DNA of 64,000 nt from TPA_inf: Saccharomyces (GCA_000146045.2 BK006939.2:160001-224000); one strand, 5' to 3'. Numbered from the stretch's first letter, positions 24,541 to 36,517 are shown. The notes: generated by a model not told the origin, from the sequence alone. Numbers and translations are program-made.

Positions 24541-26775
24541 ATGGCCGCTCCAGATTATGCACTTACCGATTTAATTGAATCGGATCCTCGTTTCGAAAGT
24601 TTGAAGACAAGATTAGCCGGTTACACCAAAGGCTCTGATGAATATATTGAAGAGCTATACTCTCAATTACCACTGACCAGCTATCCCAGGTACAAAACAT
24701 TTTTAAAGAAACAGGCGGTTGCCATTTCGAATCCGGATAATGAAGCTGGTTTTAGCTCGATTTATAGGAGTTCTCTTTCTTCTGAAAATCTAGTGAGCTG
24801 TGTGGATAAAAACTTAAGAACTGCATACGATCACTTCATGTTTTCTGCAAGGAGATGGCCTCAACGTGACTGTTTAGGTTCAAGGCCAATTGATAAAGCC
24901 ACAGGCACCTGGGAGGAAACATTCCGTTTCGAGTCGTACTCCACGGTATCTAAAAGATGTCATAATATCGGAAGTGGTATATTGTCTTTGGTAAACACGA
25001 AAAGGAAACGTCCTTTGGAAGCCAATGATTTTGTTGTTGCTATCTTATCACACAACAACCCTGAATGGATCCTAACAGATTTGGCCTGTCAGGCCTATTC
25101 TCTAACTAACACGGCTTTGTACGAAACATTAGGTCCAAACACCTCCGAGTACATATTGAATTTAACCGAGGCCCCCATTCTGATTTTTGCAAAATCAAAT
25201 ATGTATCATGTATTGAAGATGGTGCCTGATATGAAATTTGTTAATACTTTGGTTTGTATGGATGAATTAACTCATGACGAGCTCCGTATGCTAAATGAAT
25301 CGTTGCTACCCGTTAAGTGCAACTCTCTCAATGAAAAAATCACATTTTTTTCATTGGAGCAGGTAGAACAAGTTGGTTGCTTTAACAAAATTCCTGCAAT
25401 TCCACCTACCCCAGATTCCTTGTATACTATTTCGTTTACTTCTGGTACTACAGGTTTACCTAAAGGTGTGGAAATGTCTCACAGAAACATTGCGTCTGGG
25501 ATAGCATTTGCTTTTTCTACCTTCAGAATACCGCCAGATAAAAGAAACCAACAGTTATATGATATGTGTTTTTTGCCATTGGCTCATATTTTTGAAAGAA
25601 TGGTTATTGCGTATGATCTAGCCATCGGGTTTGGAATAGGCTTCTTACATAAACCAGACCCAACTGTATTGGTAGAGGATTTGAAGATTTTGAAACCTTA
25701 CGCGGTTGCCCTGGTTCCTAGAATATTAACACGGTTTGAAGCCGGTATAAAAAACGCTTTGGATAAATCGACTGTCCAGAGGAACGTAGCAAATACTATA
25801 TTGGATTCTAAATCGGCCAGATTTACCGCAAGAGGTGGTCCAGATAAATCGATTATGAATTTTCTAGTTTATCATCGCGTATTGATTGATAAAATCAGAG
25901 ACTCTTTAGGTTTGTCCAATAACTCGTTTATAATTACCGGATCAGCTCCCATATCTAAAGATACCTTACTATTTTTAAGAAGTGCCTTGGATATTGGTAT
26001 AAGACAGGGCTACGGCTTAACTGAAACTTTTGCTGGTGTCTGTTTAAGCGAACCGTTTGAAAAAGATGTCGGATCTTGTGGTGCCATAGGTATTTCTGCA
26101 GAATGTAGATTGAAGTCTGTTCCAGAAATGGGTTACCATGCCGACAAGGATTTAAAAGGTGAACTGCAAATTCGTGGCCCACAGGTTTTTGAAAGATATT
26201 TTAAAAATCCGAATGAAACTTCAAAAGCCGTTGACCAAGATGGTTGGTTTTCCACGGGAGATGTTGCATTTATCGATGGAAAAGGTCGCATCAGCGTCAT
26301 TGATCGAGTCAAGAACTTTTTCAAGCTAGCACATGGTGAATATATTGCTCCAGAGAAAATCGAAAATATTTATTTATCATCATGCCCCTATATCACGCAA
26401 ATATTTGTCTTTGGAGATCCTTTAAAGACATTTTTAGTTGGCATCGTTGGTGTTGATGTTGATGCAGCGCAACCGATTTTAGCTGCAAAGCACCCAGAGG
26501 TGAAAACGTGGACTAAGGAAGTGCTAGTAGAAAACTTAAATCGTAATAAAAAGCTAAGGAAGGAATTTTTAAACAAAATTAATAAATGCACCGATGGGCT
26601 ACAAGGATTCGAAAAATTGCATAACATCAAAGTCGGACTTGAGCCTTTAACTCTCGAGGATGATGTTGTGACGCCAACTTTTAAAATAAAGCGTGCCAAA
26701 GCATCAAAATTCTTCAAAGATACATTAGACCAACTATACGCCGAAGGTTCACTAGTCAAGACAGAAAAGCTTTAG
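24541..26775 (+). CDS. FAA2: medium-chain fatty acyl-CoA synthetase (peroxisomal), 744 aa
   Basis: The AMP-binding motif [11 protein letters not shown] is present, and the start [10 protein letters not shown] is recognised. Confidence 0.9.
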
Positions 26776-28276
26776 GTACTTATGACGATTTGGAACACAT
26801 TCAAACTAGAAAAAACTTTGATGTAGGATATCCCTATGCACATCCATACGGTATACATAGTGAACGCTCACTGTGTATAATGGACTAACAGTAGTTATAA
26901 ACCTGCTTTCGTTACTACAGCACACAAGACTATTGTACTTTGTTAAAGAACTATAAGATTAAAGACATACATAATTCCAACTATTTATACCATTAAATAT
27001 TCTTCTTAAGCTTTTTTTCGCGGCTTTCTATAATATATGAGGATCAATTAGTGAAAGCAATGCTCTCTATGTTGGAACCACAGTGTAGATACTGCACTTT
27101 CATAAAGCGCTAGATATAGCTGGTCAATCTAGCGGAGTACATGGGTCACAGTTACCATTCTCGTAACTTGACTTGGTGCACTACGGGTCAAGATGATTGA
27201 AAACGGCTCCCACAACTTCAACTGAGGTCTGTTTCAGATGGAGGTGCAGTGTTTTCCATGTAGTGAGCCCTGATATCGGGGCGTAATCACCTAACTCAGC
27301 AAAGGTAAACCTTTCTCATCTGACGGAGATAAAGTGATAGTAATCGGGGATGCGGCGACAGAGATTGAAGTTAATTTGACCATTGAATAGTTGCTTATAT
27401 ATGATAGACTTAGCTAAAAGAAAATAATGAAGGCGTACCCCATATCGCTGATCAGAGAAATCCATGTAGATAGAATTTCTGTCTCCGCTAAAACTGCATG
27501 AGCGACTGACTGAAGCTCTACTCATTCAAAAATTATCCCTCTTCACTTCCCGTATTCACACTTGTTGCCACTATGGACATGCTCTCTTTGAAAAATGTAG
27601 TCTCACCCACAGAAAAGAAAAGATCATTTGAAAATAAGATATCCTGGGAAACCCGCTTGAATTATTCCAGTGTTTCTACCTAAAGAAAAATCACGCAACC
27701 AGAAACAGATTTCGTCTGGGTTCGTTCAACAACTCTTTGCTTAAGATTTAATTAGCATATGCTAAATCGCCATTAGGAGCAAAACCAGGGCTTCTAACGA
27801 TTTCCAATAAAGAAGATACGGAACTTTTCATGTGTTGACAACAACATTACAGGGATTTTTTCAGACTTTCATGTTACCGGTCAATCTGCTGATGCATACA
27901 TACAGGTATAAAGAACACTTTGCCTAGAACAATAAAGAAAAGTCAAAGACATCTGAGAGGCATCTTCTTACCTGAAAGAGACGCCTTGTATCTTCTATAG
28001 GTCAACTAGAGTAGGTGTTCCGGAAACCTGAATGAACTTGAAGACCATTCCCAACTCCACTATTAATTAAACTTAGTACGCTCGAGTTTACCATGTGAAC
28101 CGAAGGCATGTAAAAATGTAGGCTATTCTTGTGCTTATGTTCTTCCTAACGCGACTACGCGTTTGAAGAAGTTAGTAGCAAAATGGCGAAGAAAACAAAC
28201 ACTTGAAACAAGTCAAAAAAAATTGAAGGCAGACTCAAAAGCAAGGATAATATTCCACCAAATCAGGGACGAAGCA

Positions 28277-29311
28277 ATGAGTGCGGGTATCGGAGAATCA
28301 CGTACAGAGTTGCTTACATGGTTGAATGGCCTCCTTAACTTGAATTACAAAAAAATTGAGGAATGTGGGACGGGAGCAGCATATTGTCAAATAATGGATT
28401 CAATTTATGGAGACTTGCCGATGAACAGGGTAAAATTCAATGCCACGGCCGAATATGAGTTTCAAACCAACTATAAAATTTTACAGAGTTGCTTTAGCAG
28501 ACATGGAATTGAGAAAACAGTGTACGTTGATAAGTTAATCAGATGTAAATTTCAAGATAATTTAGAGTTCTTGCAGTGGTTAAAGAAACATTGGATTCGA
28601 CATAAAGATGAAAGCGTGTATGATCCAGATGCAAGGCGCAAGTATCGTCCCATTATAACGAATAATAGTGCAACCAAACCCCGTACAGTATCCAACCCTA
28701 CCACTGCAAAGAGGTCATCAAGCACAGGCACTGGGAGTGCCATGTCAGGAGGATTAGCAACAAGACATTCTTCGCTGGGAATAAACGGTAGCAGAAAAAC
28801 CAGTGTTACCCAAGGTCAGTTGGTAGCGATACAAGCGGAATTAACTAAATCGCAGGAAACGATCGGTTCATTGAATGAAGAGATAGAACAATACAAAGGA
28901 ACAGTAAGTACTTTAGAGATTGAAAGAGAATTTTACTTCAACAAACTACGCGACATAGAAATCCTGGTCCATACCACTCAAGATTTAATAAATGAAGGTG
29001 TTTATAAATTTAATGATGAGACCATCACCGGCCATGGTAATGGAAATGGGGGAGCATTATTACGGTTCGTCAAGAAGGTGGAAAGTATTTTATATGCTAC
29101 TGCAGAAGGATTTGAAATGAATGATGGTGAGGATGAATTGAATGATAAAAATCTGGGTGAACATGGAACTGTGCCGAATCAGGGCGGCTATGCGAACAGC
29201 AATGGCGAGGTCAATGGTAACGAAGGTAGTAACCATGATGTGATAATGCAGAACGACGAAGGTGAGGTTGGCGTGAGCAACAACTTGATCATCGACGAGG
29301 AAACTTTTTAA
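28277..29311 (+). CDS. BIM1: microtubule plus-end binding protein of the EB1 family, 344 aa
   Basis: A calponin-homology domain is followed by a coiled-coil EB1 domain and an acidic tail ending DEETF. The start MSAGIGESRTELLTWLN is recognised; the ORF-track start at 28163 adds 38 aa. Confidence 0.88.
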   Translation: MSAGIGESRTELLTWLNGLLNLNYKKIEECGTGAAYCQIMDSIYGDLPMNRVKFNATAEYEFQTNYKILQSCFSRHGIEKTVYVDKLIRCKFQDNLEFLQWLKKHWIRHKDESVYDPDARRKYRPIITNNSATKPRTVSNPTTAKRSSSTGTGSAMSGGLATRHSSLGINGSRKTSVTQGQLVAIQAELTKSQETIGSLNEEIEQYKGTVSTLEIEREFYFNKLRDIEILVHTTQDLINEGVYKFNDETITGHGNGNGGALLRFVKKVESILYATAEGFEMNDGEDELNDKNLGEHGTVPNQGGYANSNGEVNGNEGSNHDVIMQNDEGEVGVSNNLIIDEETF

Positions 29312-29502
29312 GTTGAGAACTAAAAAGCAGTATTGTTTTCGAATATGTATTATTTTTTTTTATTTTTTTTATTACTCGTTATCAATATATATATATACAT
29401 GTATATTATTACTAAAAGAATGAGAAAATAAGATAGGATCCTGGAAGGGGGATCAGGTAAAGATATAAAGTGAGATGAAGAAGCCACCGTTTTATTTCCC
29501 CT

Positions 29503-31788
29503 TTAATTTGTTGCTGCAGGTGCCTCAGGCGGTTCGGTATTGCTCTTTGGATCCAAATATTTTTCAAAAGCCTCGTTCCTTTCCTTGAATGGCCTTGGAC
29601 CCAATAATCTAATCATGTCTTCTCTAGTAATTGCTTCCTTACGTAGCAATTCTTTTGCGACAAGATCGACTTTGTCCAAATTTTTGGTTAGCAATTCTGT
29701 ACAAGCTCGGTGTGCATCATCTACTATAGATTTAACTTCTAAATCAATGGTTCTTGCCGTTTTATTACTGAAGGGTTTGTTAACTTTGAAGTTTCCATCA
29801 TTCTGATCAAACGACAGGTAGCCAATCTTGGGTGACATTCCTAGGGATGTAACCATGGCATTTGCCATCTGTGTAACCTTTTTGAAATCATCATGAGCAC
29901 CGCTAGTCACCGATGGAAAATGTAGCTCCTCAGAAACACGGCCACCAAGAGCCATGATCATTCTATGTCTGAATTGCTCCTCAGATATCAAATATTGATC
30001 CGGTGGTAGGTACTGGGCATAGCCTAAAGCACCTTGTCCACGCGGGATGATGCTTACTTTCAGAAGTGGATCCGCATATTTTAGAAACCAACCACAAACG
30101 GCATGTCCTGCCTCATGATAGGCCACTGACCTTTTTTCTTCCTTAGAAAGGACTCTTGTTTTCTTCTCTAGTCCCGCAATGACTCTTTCAATGGCTTGCT
30201 CAAAGTGATGGATAGTGATATATGGGTCATTATGTCTGGCAGCGATTAATGCAGCCTCATTACAAGCATTAGCGATATCTGCACCAGTAAAACCTGGAGT
30301 AAGCGTAGCCAATTTCCCAGAAAGATTATTCATATCATCTGTAAGAAGGGGATCCAGATTCAGTCTTTTCAAGTGAACCAGGTATATTTGCTGCCTACCA
30401 TTGACATCAGGAGAATCAATTTGGATATGTCTATCGAACCTTCCCGGTCTCATCAAAGCATTATCCAACACATCGGGCCTATTTGTACCCGCAAGGACTA
30501 CGACTTGGTCGGAAGTAGTGAATCCGTCCATTTCCACCAATAATTGATTCAGCGTAGCTTCTCTTTCATCGTTAGCGCCACCGAGAGCGCCGCCTTTGCC
30601 TCTTTCTTTACCGATAGCGTCAATTTCATCTATAAAGATAATCGAGGGGGCCATAGACCTTGCTTGAGTAAACAAGTCTCTTACACGTGAAGCACCCACC
30701 CCAACGAACATTTCGACGAACTCAGAACCTGATACTGACAAGAAGGGCACGTTCGCCTCACCTGCGGTGGCCTTGGCCAAGAGAGTCTTACCGGTACCTG
30801 GGGGTCCAGAAAGAATAGCGCCTCGTGGAATCTTGGCACCCAATTTAGTGTACTTACCTGGGTTCTTCAAAAAGTGAACAAATTCCATGATTTCCTGTTT
30901 AGCTTCATCACAACCGGCAACATTTTTAAATGAAATTTTAATGTCTGTTTCCTTATTGAAGAGCTTTGCTCTGGATTTTCCAACATTAAACATGCCGCCG
31001 AGGCCTCCTCCACCACCACCATTGGCATTTGGTGGTGAACTATTTATTTTTCTGGTTATGAAGTAAAGGCCACCAAGCAGAATGATGGTGGGCAGGAAGG
31101 GGAACAAAAATGTGAAGGGAGAAGATCTCTCAATGTATTTGATGGGGATACGATCCCGAGGAGGAATGTTCAAGAGGTCCTGGATCTGGTCCATCTGTTC
31201 CTCAAAAATATCTACTGAACCAATGGTGAACGATACAACTTGCTTTGTATTGACTAATTCGGCCTCTACGAGAAACTTATTAACGACGTAAATCTTGGAC
31301 ACAAGACCCTTCTCCAGGTATTTTGTTTTGAAATCCTGGAAAGTCAAGACGCGGTTAGAGTCGTCTCCTGAGTTGTTACTGGAAGGTGTGAGCAAAGTAA
31401 ATATAATTGTGAATCCGATGGTCAAAAACATCGTATTAGCAAATTCCTTAGATCTGAAGTATTCTGATAATGAACCAAACTCATTTCTTTTGTCTTTGCC
31501 ATCTTCTTTATTGCTATTATTATCTTTATTACCATTGTTCTTGCCCTCACCCTCTTTGTTTGGCCTATTTTCATTTAACCTTGTCCATGAGATATGGAAG
31601 GAACGTATTTGGGTAGAACGGTGTATTGTGTTTCTGGTTGCCAGACCAGATAACGTCTGCAAACGCTGGTGAACTGGCATGCGCGAGCGAAGCACTGGCT
31701 TCACTGTTGATATGCGGCTAGCTTTACCAAATGAGAGTGATGTCAATGAGCGTGGCGCACCCCTTGCATATCGTTGCCACATCATCAT
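29503..31788 (-). CDS. AFG3: mitochondrial inner-membrane m-AAA protease subunit, 761 aa
   Basis: Walker A GPPGTGKT, the AAA domain, and the zinc-protease HEAGH motif are present. Four tandem ATG codons lie at the 5' end. Confidence 0.9.
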   Translation of the reverse strand: MMMWQRYARGAPRSLTSLSFGKASRISTVKPVLRSRMPVHQRLQTLSGLATRNTIHRSTQIRSFHISWTRLNENRPNKEGEGKNNGNKDNNSNKEDGKDKRNEFGSLSEYFRSKEFANTMFLTIGFTIIFTLLTPSSNNSGDDSNRVLTFQDFKTKYLEKGLVSKIYVVNKFLVEAELVNTKQVVSFTIGSVDIFEEQMDQIQDLLNIPPRDRIPIKYIERSSPFTFLFPFLPTIILLGGLYFITRKINSSPPNANGGGGGGLGGMFNVGKSRAKLFNKETDIKISFKNVAGCDEAKQEIMEFVHFLKNPGKYTKLGAKIPRGAILSGPPGTGKTLLAKATAGEANVPFLSVSGSEFVEMFVGVGASRVRDLFTQARSMAPSIIFIDEIDAIGKERGKGGALGGANDEREATLNQLLVEMDGFTTSDQVVVLAGTNRPDVLDNALMRPGRFDRHIQIDSPDVNGRQQIYLVHLKRLNLDPLLTDDMNNLSGKLATLTPGFTGADIANACNEAALIAARHNDPYITIHHFEQAIERVIAGLEKKTRVLSKEEKRSVAYHEAGHAVCGWFLKYADPLLKVSIIPRGQGALGYAQYLPPDQYLISEEQFRHRMIMALGGRVSEELHFPSVTSGAHDDFKKVTQMANAMVTSLGMSPKIGYLSFDQNDGNFKVNKPFSNKTARTIDLEVKSIVDDAHRACTELLTKNLDKVDLVAKELLRKEAITREDMIRLLGPRPFKERNEAFEKYLDPKSNTEPPEAPAATN

Positions 31789-31958
31789 CACTTAGTATAT
31801 TATAAAATAAGTGGATGATGCCTTTATTTGAAGACTGCGTTAATCTCCTTTAATATAGAATGGGTCCTTGTAAAAGTTATGTATAGACAGTAAGAACCAA
31901 TTTATTCCTCATCTAAATCATAGGCCCAGAATAAACTGAACAGATGCGTATAAAGGCG

Positions 31959-32624
31959 TTATAAAGATGCCAGAAGCATATCGCGGGCCACGACTAAAAA
32001 TGCCGCGAGGTCGCCCTGGACGGTAAGCACGTGCTCAAGTGTTGCCCGACTCTTGGGGTCCAGCGCCGGGTGAGAGTTTCCGATCACGTGGTCTCCGTGC
32101 ATCGCGACTTCGATCCAGCAGCGTGAATCATCGCCGAATACGAAACGTACGTCATGCACATCGCTGGCTCCGGGTAGTACACGAAGCTGCAACAGCCGTT
32201 CGTACAGTGCGACCTCTGCGGCATCGTTACCCGACTGCGCAGCCCAACGTGCGCGTAATTGGACACACTCTTTACCACGCTGTTGCAGCAGCGAGTCCAG
32301 CTCGCGCGATTGGGCTGCTAAGGTCGACTGCCGTCTAGATAACTCAGATTCACGCTCGTGATAGCTTCTCCACTGCTCTCTGGTGGTATTTGTAGCTTGT
32401 TGGGCCGCATGTATTTGTTGCTGCAGAGCGGTGCGCTGGGTGGCAAGCCGTTGCAGTTCATCTATGAGATGTTGGTGTTGGTTATGTAATTGACGCATTT
32501 CCGCTTGGAACTGTTGCAGCTGTTGGCGCGCGTGGTTTTGCTGACGTGCCAGTACCTGGGCCACGTCCTTTTGGAACCCGTCCATCCGGCGCTCAAGGTC
32601 CGAAAATGCGTCTATGCTGGCCAT
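31959..32624 (-). CDS. SPC25: Ndc80-complex kinetochore component, 221 aa, coiled-coil plus RWD domain
   Basis: Protein recognised; the gene is Q/R/A-rich and GC-rich. Confidence 0.85.
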   Translation of the reverse strand: MASIDAFSDLERRMDGFQKDVAQVLARQQNHARQQLQQFQAEMRQLHNQHQHLIDELQRLATQRTALQQQIHAAQQATNTTREQWRSYHERESELSRRQSTLAAQSRELDSLLQQRGKECVQLRARWAAQSGNDAAEVALYERLLQLRVLPGASDVHDVRFVFGDDSRCWIEVAMHGDHVIGNSHPALDPKSRATLEHVLTVQGDLAAFLVVARDMLLASL

Positions 32625-32680
32625 TCTTGTATGTGTGTATGTGTTGTATACGTATGAGCGGTTTTAATTGAATCGGCTTA

Positions 32681-32750
32681 GCCTGTTTTTGTTTTTGTTT
32701 TTGTTTTGTTTTGGTTTGGTTTGATTTATTTTGGTTTGGCTTAAATCTTC
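32681..32750 (+). repeat. (TTTTG/TTTGG)n microsatellite in the SPC25-ISC1 divergent promoter
   Basis: ttttgtttttgtttttgttttgttttggtttggtttgatttattttggtttgg seen directly. Confidence 0.9.
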
Positions 32751-32796
32751 GAGGAAATTTGCGCTTTCCGCGTAAAAAGGGAAAAAAAGCAGATAT

Positions 32797-34230
32797 ATGT
32801 ACAACAGAAAAGACAGAGATGTTCACGAGAGGAAGGAAGATGGTCAATCTGAGTTTGAAGCACTGAACGGGACCAACGCAATTATGTCCGATAATAGTAA
32901 AGCGTATTCCATAAAGTTTCTGACCTTCAATACATGGGGGTTAAAATACGTCTCCAAACACCGTAAAGAAAGACTCAGAGCAATTGCTGATAAATTGGCG
33001 GGCCACTCAATGCTTACGCCAATATCTGACGAGTTGTTGCCCAATGGTGGAGATAGTAATGAAAACGAAGATTACGACGTGATTGCCTTACAAGAAATCT
33101 GGTGTGTGGAAGACTGGAAGTATCTAGCTTCTGCGTGTGCCTCCAAGTATCCGTATCAGCGTTTGTTCCATTCTGGTATTCTGACGGGGCCTGGGTTGGC
33201 CATACTGTCCAAGGTCCCGATAGAGTCGACCTTTCTTTACCGGTTCCCGATAAACGGTAGACCGAGTGCGGTGTTCCGTGGCGACTGGTACGTAGGGAAA
33301 TCTATAGCAATCACCGTATTGAACACAGGAACCCGCCCCATTGCAATAATGAACAGTCACATGCACGCCCCATACGCCAAGCAGGGTGATGCCGCCTACT
33401 TGTGCCACAGATCTTGTCAGGCCTGGGATTTCAGCAGGCTCATTAAGCTTTACAGGCAGGCCGGTTATGCGGTGATTGTGGTGGGTGACTTAAACTCCAG
33501 ACCGGGCTCACTGCCCCACAAATTTCTCACGCAGGAGGCCGGCCTGGTCGACTCCTGGGAGCAATTGCATGGGAAGCAAGACTTGGCGGTGATCGCTCGT
33601 CTGTCTCCATTGCAACAATTGCTTAAGGGCTGTACCACGTGCGATTCGCTGCTCAACACATGGAGGGCCCAAAGACAACCCGATGAGGCATGCAGGTTGG
33701 ATTATGCTCTTATCGACCCTGATTTCTTGCAAACAGTAGACGCAGGTGTCAGGTTCACTGAACGGATCCCTCACCTGGACTGCAGTGTCTCTGACCATTT
33801 TGCATACTCATGCACCCTTAACATCGTCCCACAGGGCACAGAGTCCCGTCCATCCACCTCCGTTAAGCGTGCGAAGACTCATGATAGAGAGCTGATCTTG
33901 CAGAGATACTCCAACTACGAAACCATGATAGAATGCATCCACACGTACTTGAAGACAGCCCAAAGACAGAAATTTTTCCGTGGCCTACATTTCTGGGCCT
34001 CAATACTTCTCCTAATAGCGTCGTTGGTCGTGACAACGTTTACTGCAAACAAGGCAGGCTGGTCCTCCATCTTCTGGGTCCTTTTCGCTATTGCTGTCTC
34101 CATCTCGGGCACCATCGACGGTGCCATCTCCTTCTTGTTTGGCAGGTCTGAAATCAGAGCCCTCATCGAAGTCGAACAAGAGGTTCTGGACGCGGAGCAC
34201 CACCTGCAAACTTTCTTGAGCGAGAAATGA
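32797..34230 (+). CDS. ISC1: inositol phosphosphingolipid phospholipase C (neutral sphingomyelinase homolog), 477 aa, with a C-terminal TM pair
   Basis: Endonuclease/exonuclease/phosphatase fold motifs are present, and the position matches. Confidence 0.85.
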   Translation: MYNRKDRDVHERKEDGQSEFEALNGTNAIMSDNSKAYSIKFLTFNTWGLKYVSKHRKERLRAIADKLAGHSMLTPISDELLPNGGDSNENEDYDVIALQEIWCVEDWKYLASACASKYPYQRLFHSGILTGPGLAILSKVPIESTFLYRFPINGRPSAVFRGDWYVGKSIAITVLNTGTRPIAIMNSHMHAPYAKQGDAAYLCHRSCQAWDFSRLIKLYRQAGYAVIVVGDLNSRPGSLPHKFLTQEAGLVDSWEQLHGKQDLAVIARLSPLQQLLKGCTTCDSLLNTWRAQRQPDEACRLDYALIDPDFLQTVDAGVRFTERIPHLDCSVSDHFAYSCTLNIVPQGTESRPSTSVKRAKTHDRELILQRYSNYETMIECIHTYLKTAQRQKFFRGLHFWASILLLIASLVVTTFTANKAGWSSIFWVLFAIAVSISGTIDGAISFLFGRSEIRALIEVEQEVLDAEHHLQTFLSEK

Positions 34231-34272
34231 TATTATCGATTTTCTTTAGCATATGTAAAAAAATTACTGATA

Positions 34273-34539
34273 TTATATAATGTGTGTAAATTTCGTCAAT
34301 AGATGCAAAGCAATCACGGAGAAGATGAAACCGACAGATAGGAACAATACGACAAGGGAGTCGACTCTGAATCCATTGGCTTCGTCCGTATATAACTTCA
34401 AAATTGAGCTTGAAGACCCACCGTAACCAGCCTGTCTGGTGGAAGTGGGCGTTTGTTTTGCTTGCTTTTCCTTAATGGATTGTGCCTGTCTTCTCTTCTG
34501 CAAGATACGCTGACCTCCTGGTGGAACTGAAGCTGCCAT
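34273..34539 (-). CDS. SBH2: Sec61-beta homolog of the Ssh1 translocon, 88 aa, tail-anchored
   Basis: The protein MAASVPPGGQRILQKRRQ... ends in a C-terminal TM segment. The ORF-track start adds 10 aa. Confidence 0.8.
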   Translation of the reverse strand: MAASVPPGGQRILQKRRQAQSIKEKQAKQTPTSTRQAGYGGSSSSILKLYTDEANGFRVDSLVVLFLSVGFIFSVIALHLLTKFTHII

Positions 34540-35167
34540 TCTTATGATACTGTTGATCGATAATACCACCTGTTTTATGCTTTGCGCCCCTTACCTTTTC
34601 TCACACGCACATATATCTACTCTCTCATACCTCTTATATCTAAAATGTCTCTTTTGGCCAGTTAGTAACTGAATGAAAAAGTGAAAATGGAGGAAAAAAA
34701 AAAAGACGAAATCCAAAAGGCTAAGGAAACGGGTAACCCGTGGTACCCGGGGCAGAATCAAACTTATAATTACTAAAGATATACCATATATTACGATCCC
34801 TGCGCCCGGCGTGCTCCACATTAAGTAAATGTCTGGAGTAAAATGAAGTCCGCCAATTCAGTCACAAAACATGACTACTGCCTCGTTCGCGATTTCTTCT
34901 TCCCTTACTTCATCATGTTCAAGCCCCCTCAGCTGCGCCCAAATGATTCTTCTTATCCTCTTGCATACTGCACCGAAAAAAAAAGTTAATAAGCAGCAGG
35001 ATTTATAGGCGCGTGCGTGCAGCCTTAGACTGAAGGGGTGGAAAAACTTTAGGTAGGTTTGGTTCTCACTACCCAAAGAGCAATCGATAGGTATAAAAGT
35101 GAGCAATTGCTATCACAGCGAGCCTTATTGTTACAGCACAAATCACGCGTATTTTCAAGCAAATATC

Positions 35168-36517
35168 ATGGGTCTCTGCGCATCTTCAGAAAAGAACGGC
35201 AGCACTCCTGACACGCAGACCGCCAGCGCTGGTAGTGACAACGTTGGCAAAGCGAAGGTACCACCAAAGCAGGAGCCACAGAAGACTGTGAGAACAGTCA
35301 ACACAGCAAATCAACAAGAAAAGCAACAACAGAGGCAGCAGCAGCCGTCTCCGCATAATGTTAAGGACCGCAAGGAGCAAAACGGGAGCATTAATAACGC
35401 GATATCTCCCACGGCTACGGCAAATACAAGCGGATCGCAACAGATCAATATCGACTCTGCCCTGAGAGACAGGTCGAGTAACGTTGCAGCACAACCATCA
35501 TTGTCGGACGCTTCAAGTGGCAGCAACGACAAAGAACTGAAAGTGCTACTGCTGGGTGCCGGTGAAAGTGGTAAGTCCACGGTATTGCAGCAGTTGAAGA
35601 TTTTACACCAGAACGGGTTTAGCGAGCAGGAAATTAAAGAGTACATCCCCTTGATCTATCAGAATCTATTGGAAATTGGCAGGAACCTCATCCAGGCGAG
35701 AACAAGGTTTAACGTCAACTTGGAACCGGAGTGTGAACTGACGCAACAAGACCTGTCGAGAACCATGTCCTATGAAATGCCCAATAACTACACGGGCCAA
35801 TTCCCGGAAGATATCGCGGGCGTAATATCTACGTTGTGGGCCTTGCCCTCAACACAAGATTTAGTCAATGGGCCTAACGCATCGAAGTTCTATCTAATGG
35901 ACTCGACTCCTTACTTCATGGAAAATTTCACCAGGATCACTTCGCCCAATTACAGACCCACCCAGCAGGACATATTAAGATCGAGACAGATGACGTCAGG
36001 GATTTTTGACACCGTCATTGATATGGGGTCGGATATCAAGATGCATATTTACGACGTGGGTGGACAGCGTTCCGAAAGAAAAAAATGGATACACTGCTTC
36101 GACAATGTCACTCTGGTCATATTTTGCGTTTCTCTATCGGAGTACGACCAGACGCTGATGGAGGACAAGAACCAGAACAGGTTTCAGGAATCGCTGGTGC
36201 TTTTCGATAATATTGTCAACAGTAGATGGTTCGCGCGCACGTCTGTCGTACTCTTTCTGAATAAAATCGACCTTTTTGCTGAAAAACTAAGCAAAGTGCC
36301 TATGGAAAATTACTTCCCAGACTACACCGGCGGGTCAGACATCAACAAGGCTGCTAAGTACATACTCTGGAGGTTTGTTCAGTTAAACAGGGCGAATCTA
36401 AGCATATATCCTCACGTGACACAGGCCACAGACACGTCGAATATAAGATTAGTATTTGCCGCCATCAAAGAAACAATTTTGGAAAATACATTGAAAGACT
36501 CTGGAGTGTTACAATGA
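35168..36517 (+). CDS. GPA2: heterotrimeric G-protein alpha subunit (glucose/cAMP pathway), 449 aa
   Basis: The start MGLCASS is a myristoylation/palmitoylation signal. GAGESGKST and the DVGGQR G-alpha motifs are present. Confidence 0.9.
   Translation: MGLCASSEKNGSTPDTQTASAGSDNVGKAKVPPKQEPQKTVRTVNTANQQEKQQQRQQQPSPHNVKDRKEQNGSINNAISPTATANTSGSQQINIDSALRDRSSNVAAQPSLSDASSGSNDKELKVLLLGAGESGKSTVLQQLKILHQNGFSEQEIKEYIPLIYQNLLEIGRNLIQARTRFNVNLEPECELTQQDLSRTMSYEMPNNYTGQFPEDIAGVISTLWALPSTQDLVNGPNASKFYLMDSTPYFMENFTRITSPNYRPTQQDILRSRQMTSGIFDTVIDMGSDIKMHIYDVGGQRSERKKWIHCFDNVTLVIFCVSLSEYDQTLMEDKNQNRFQESLVLFDNIVNSRWFARTSVVLFLNKIDLFAEKLSKVPMENYFPDYTGGSDINKAAKYILWRFVQLNRANLSIYPHVTQATDTSNIRLVFAAIKETILENTLKDSGVLQ

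Noticed and set aside
27000-28100. Possible tRNA, Ty LTR or centromere (CDEI-CDEII-CDEIII) in the long FAA2-BIM1 spacer
   Set aside because: There is no A/B box pair, no TGTTG...CA LTR termini, no 78-86 bp >90% AT CDEII flanked by TCACATGAT or TGTTTATGNTTTCCGAAA. CEN5 lies outside this window.
32039-34209. Cluster of eight overlapping ORFs of 62-99 aa on both strands
   Set aside because: Low stop-codon density in the GC-rich SPC25/ISC1 block explains them. All overlap the real genes.
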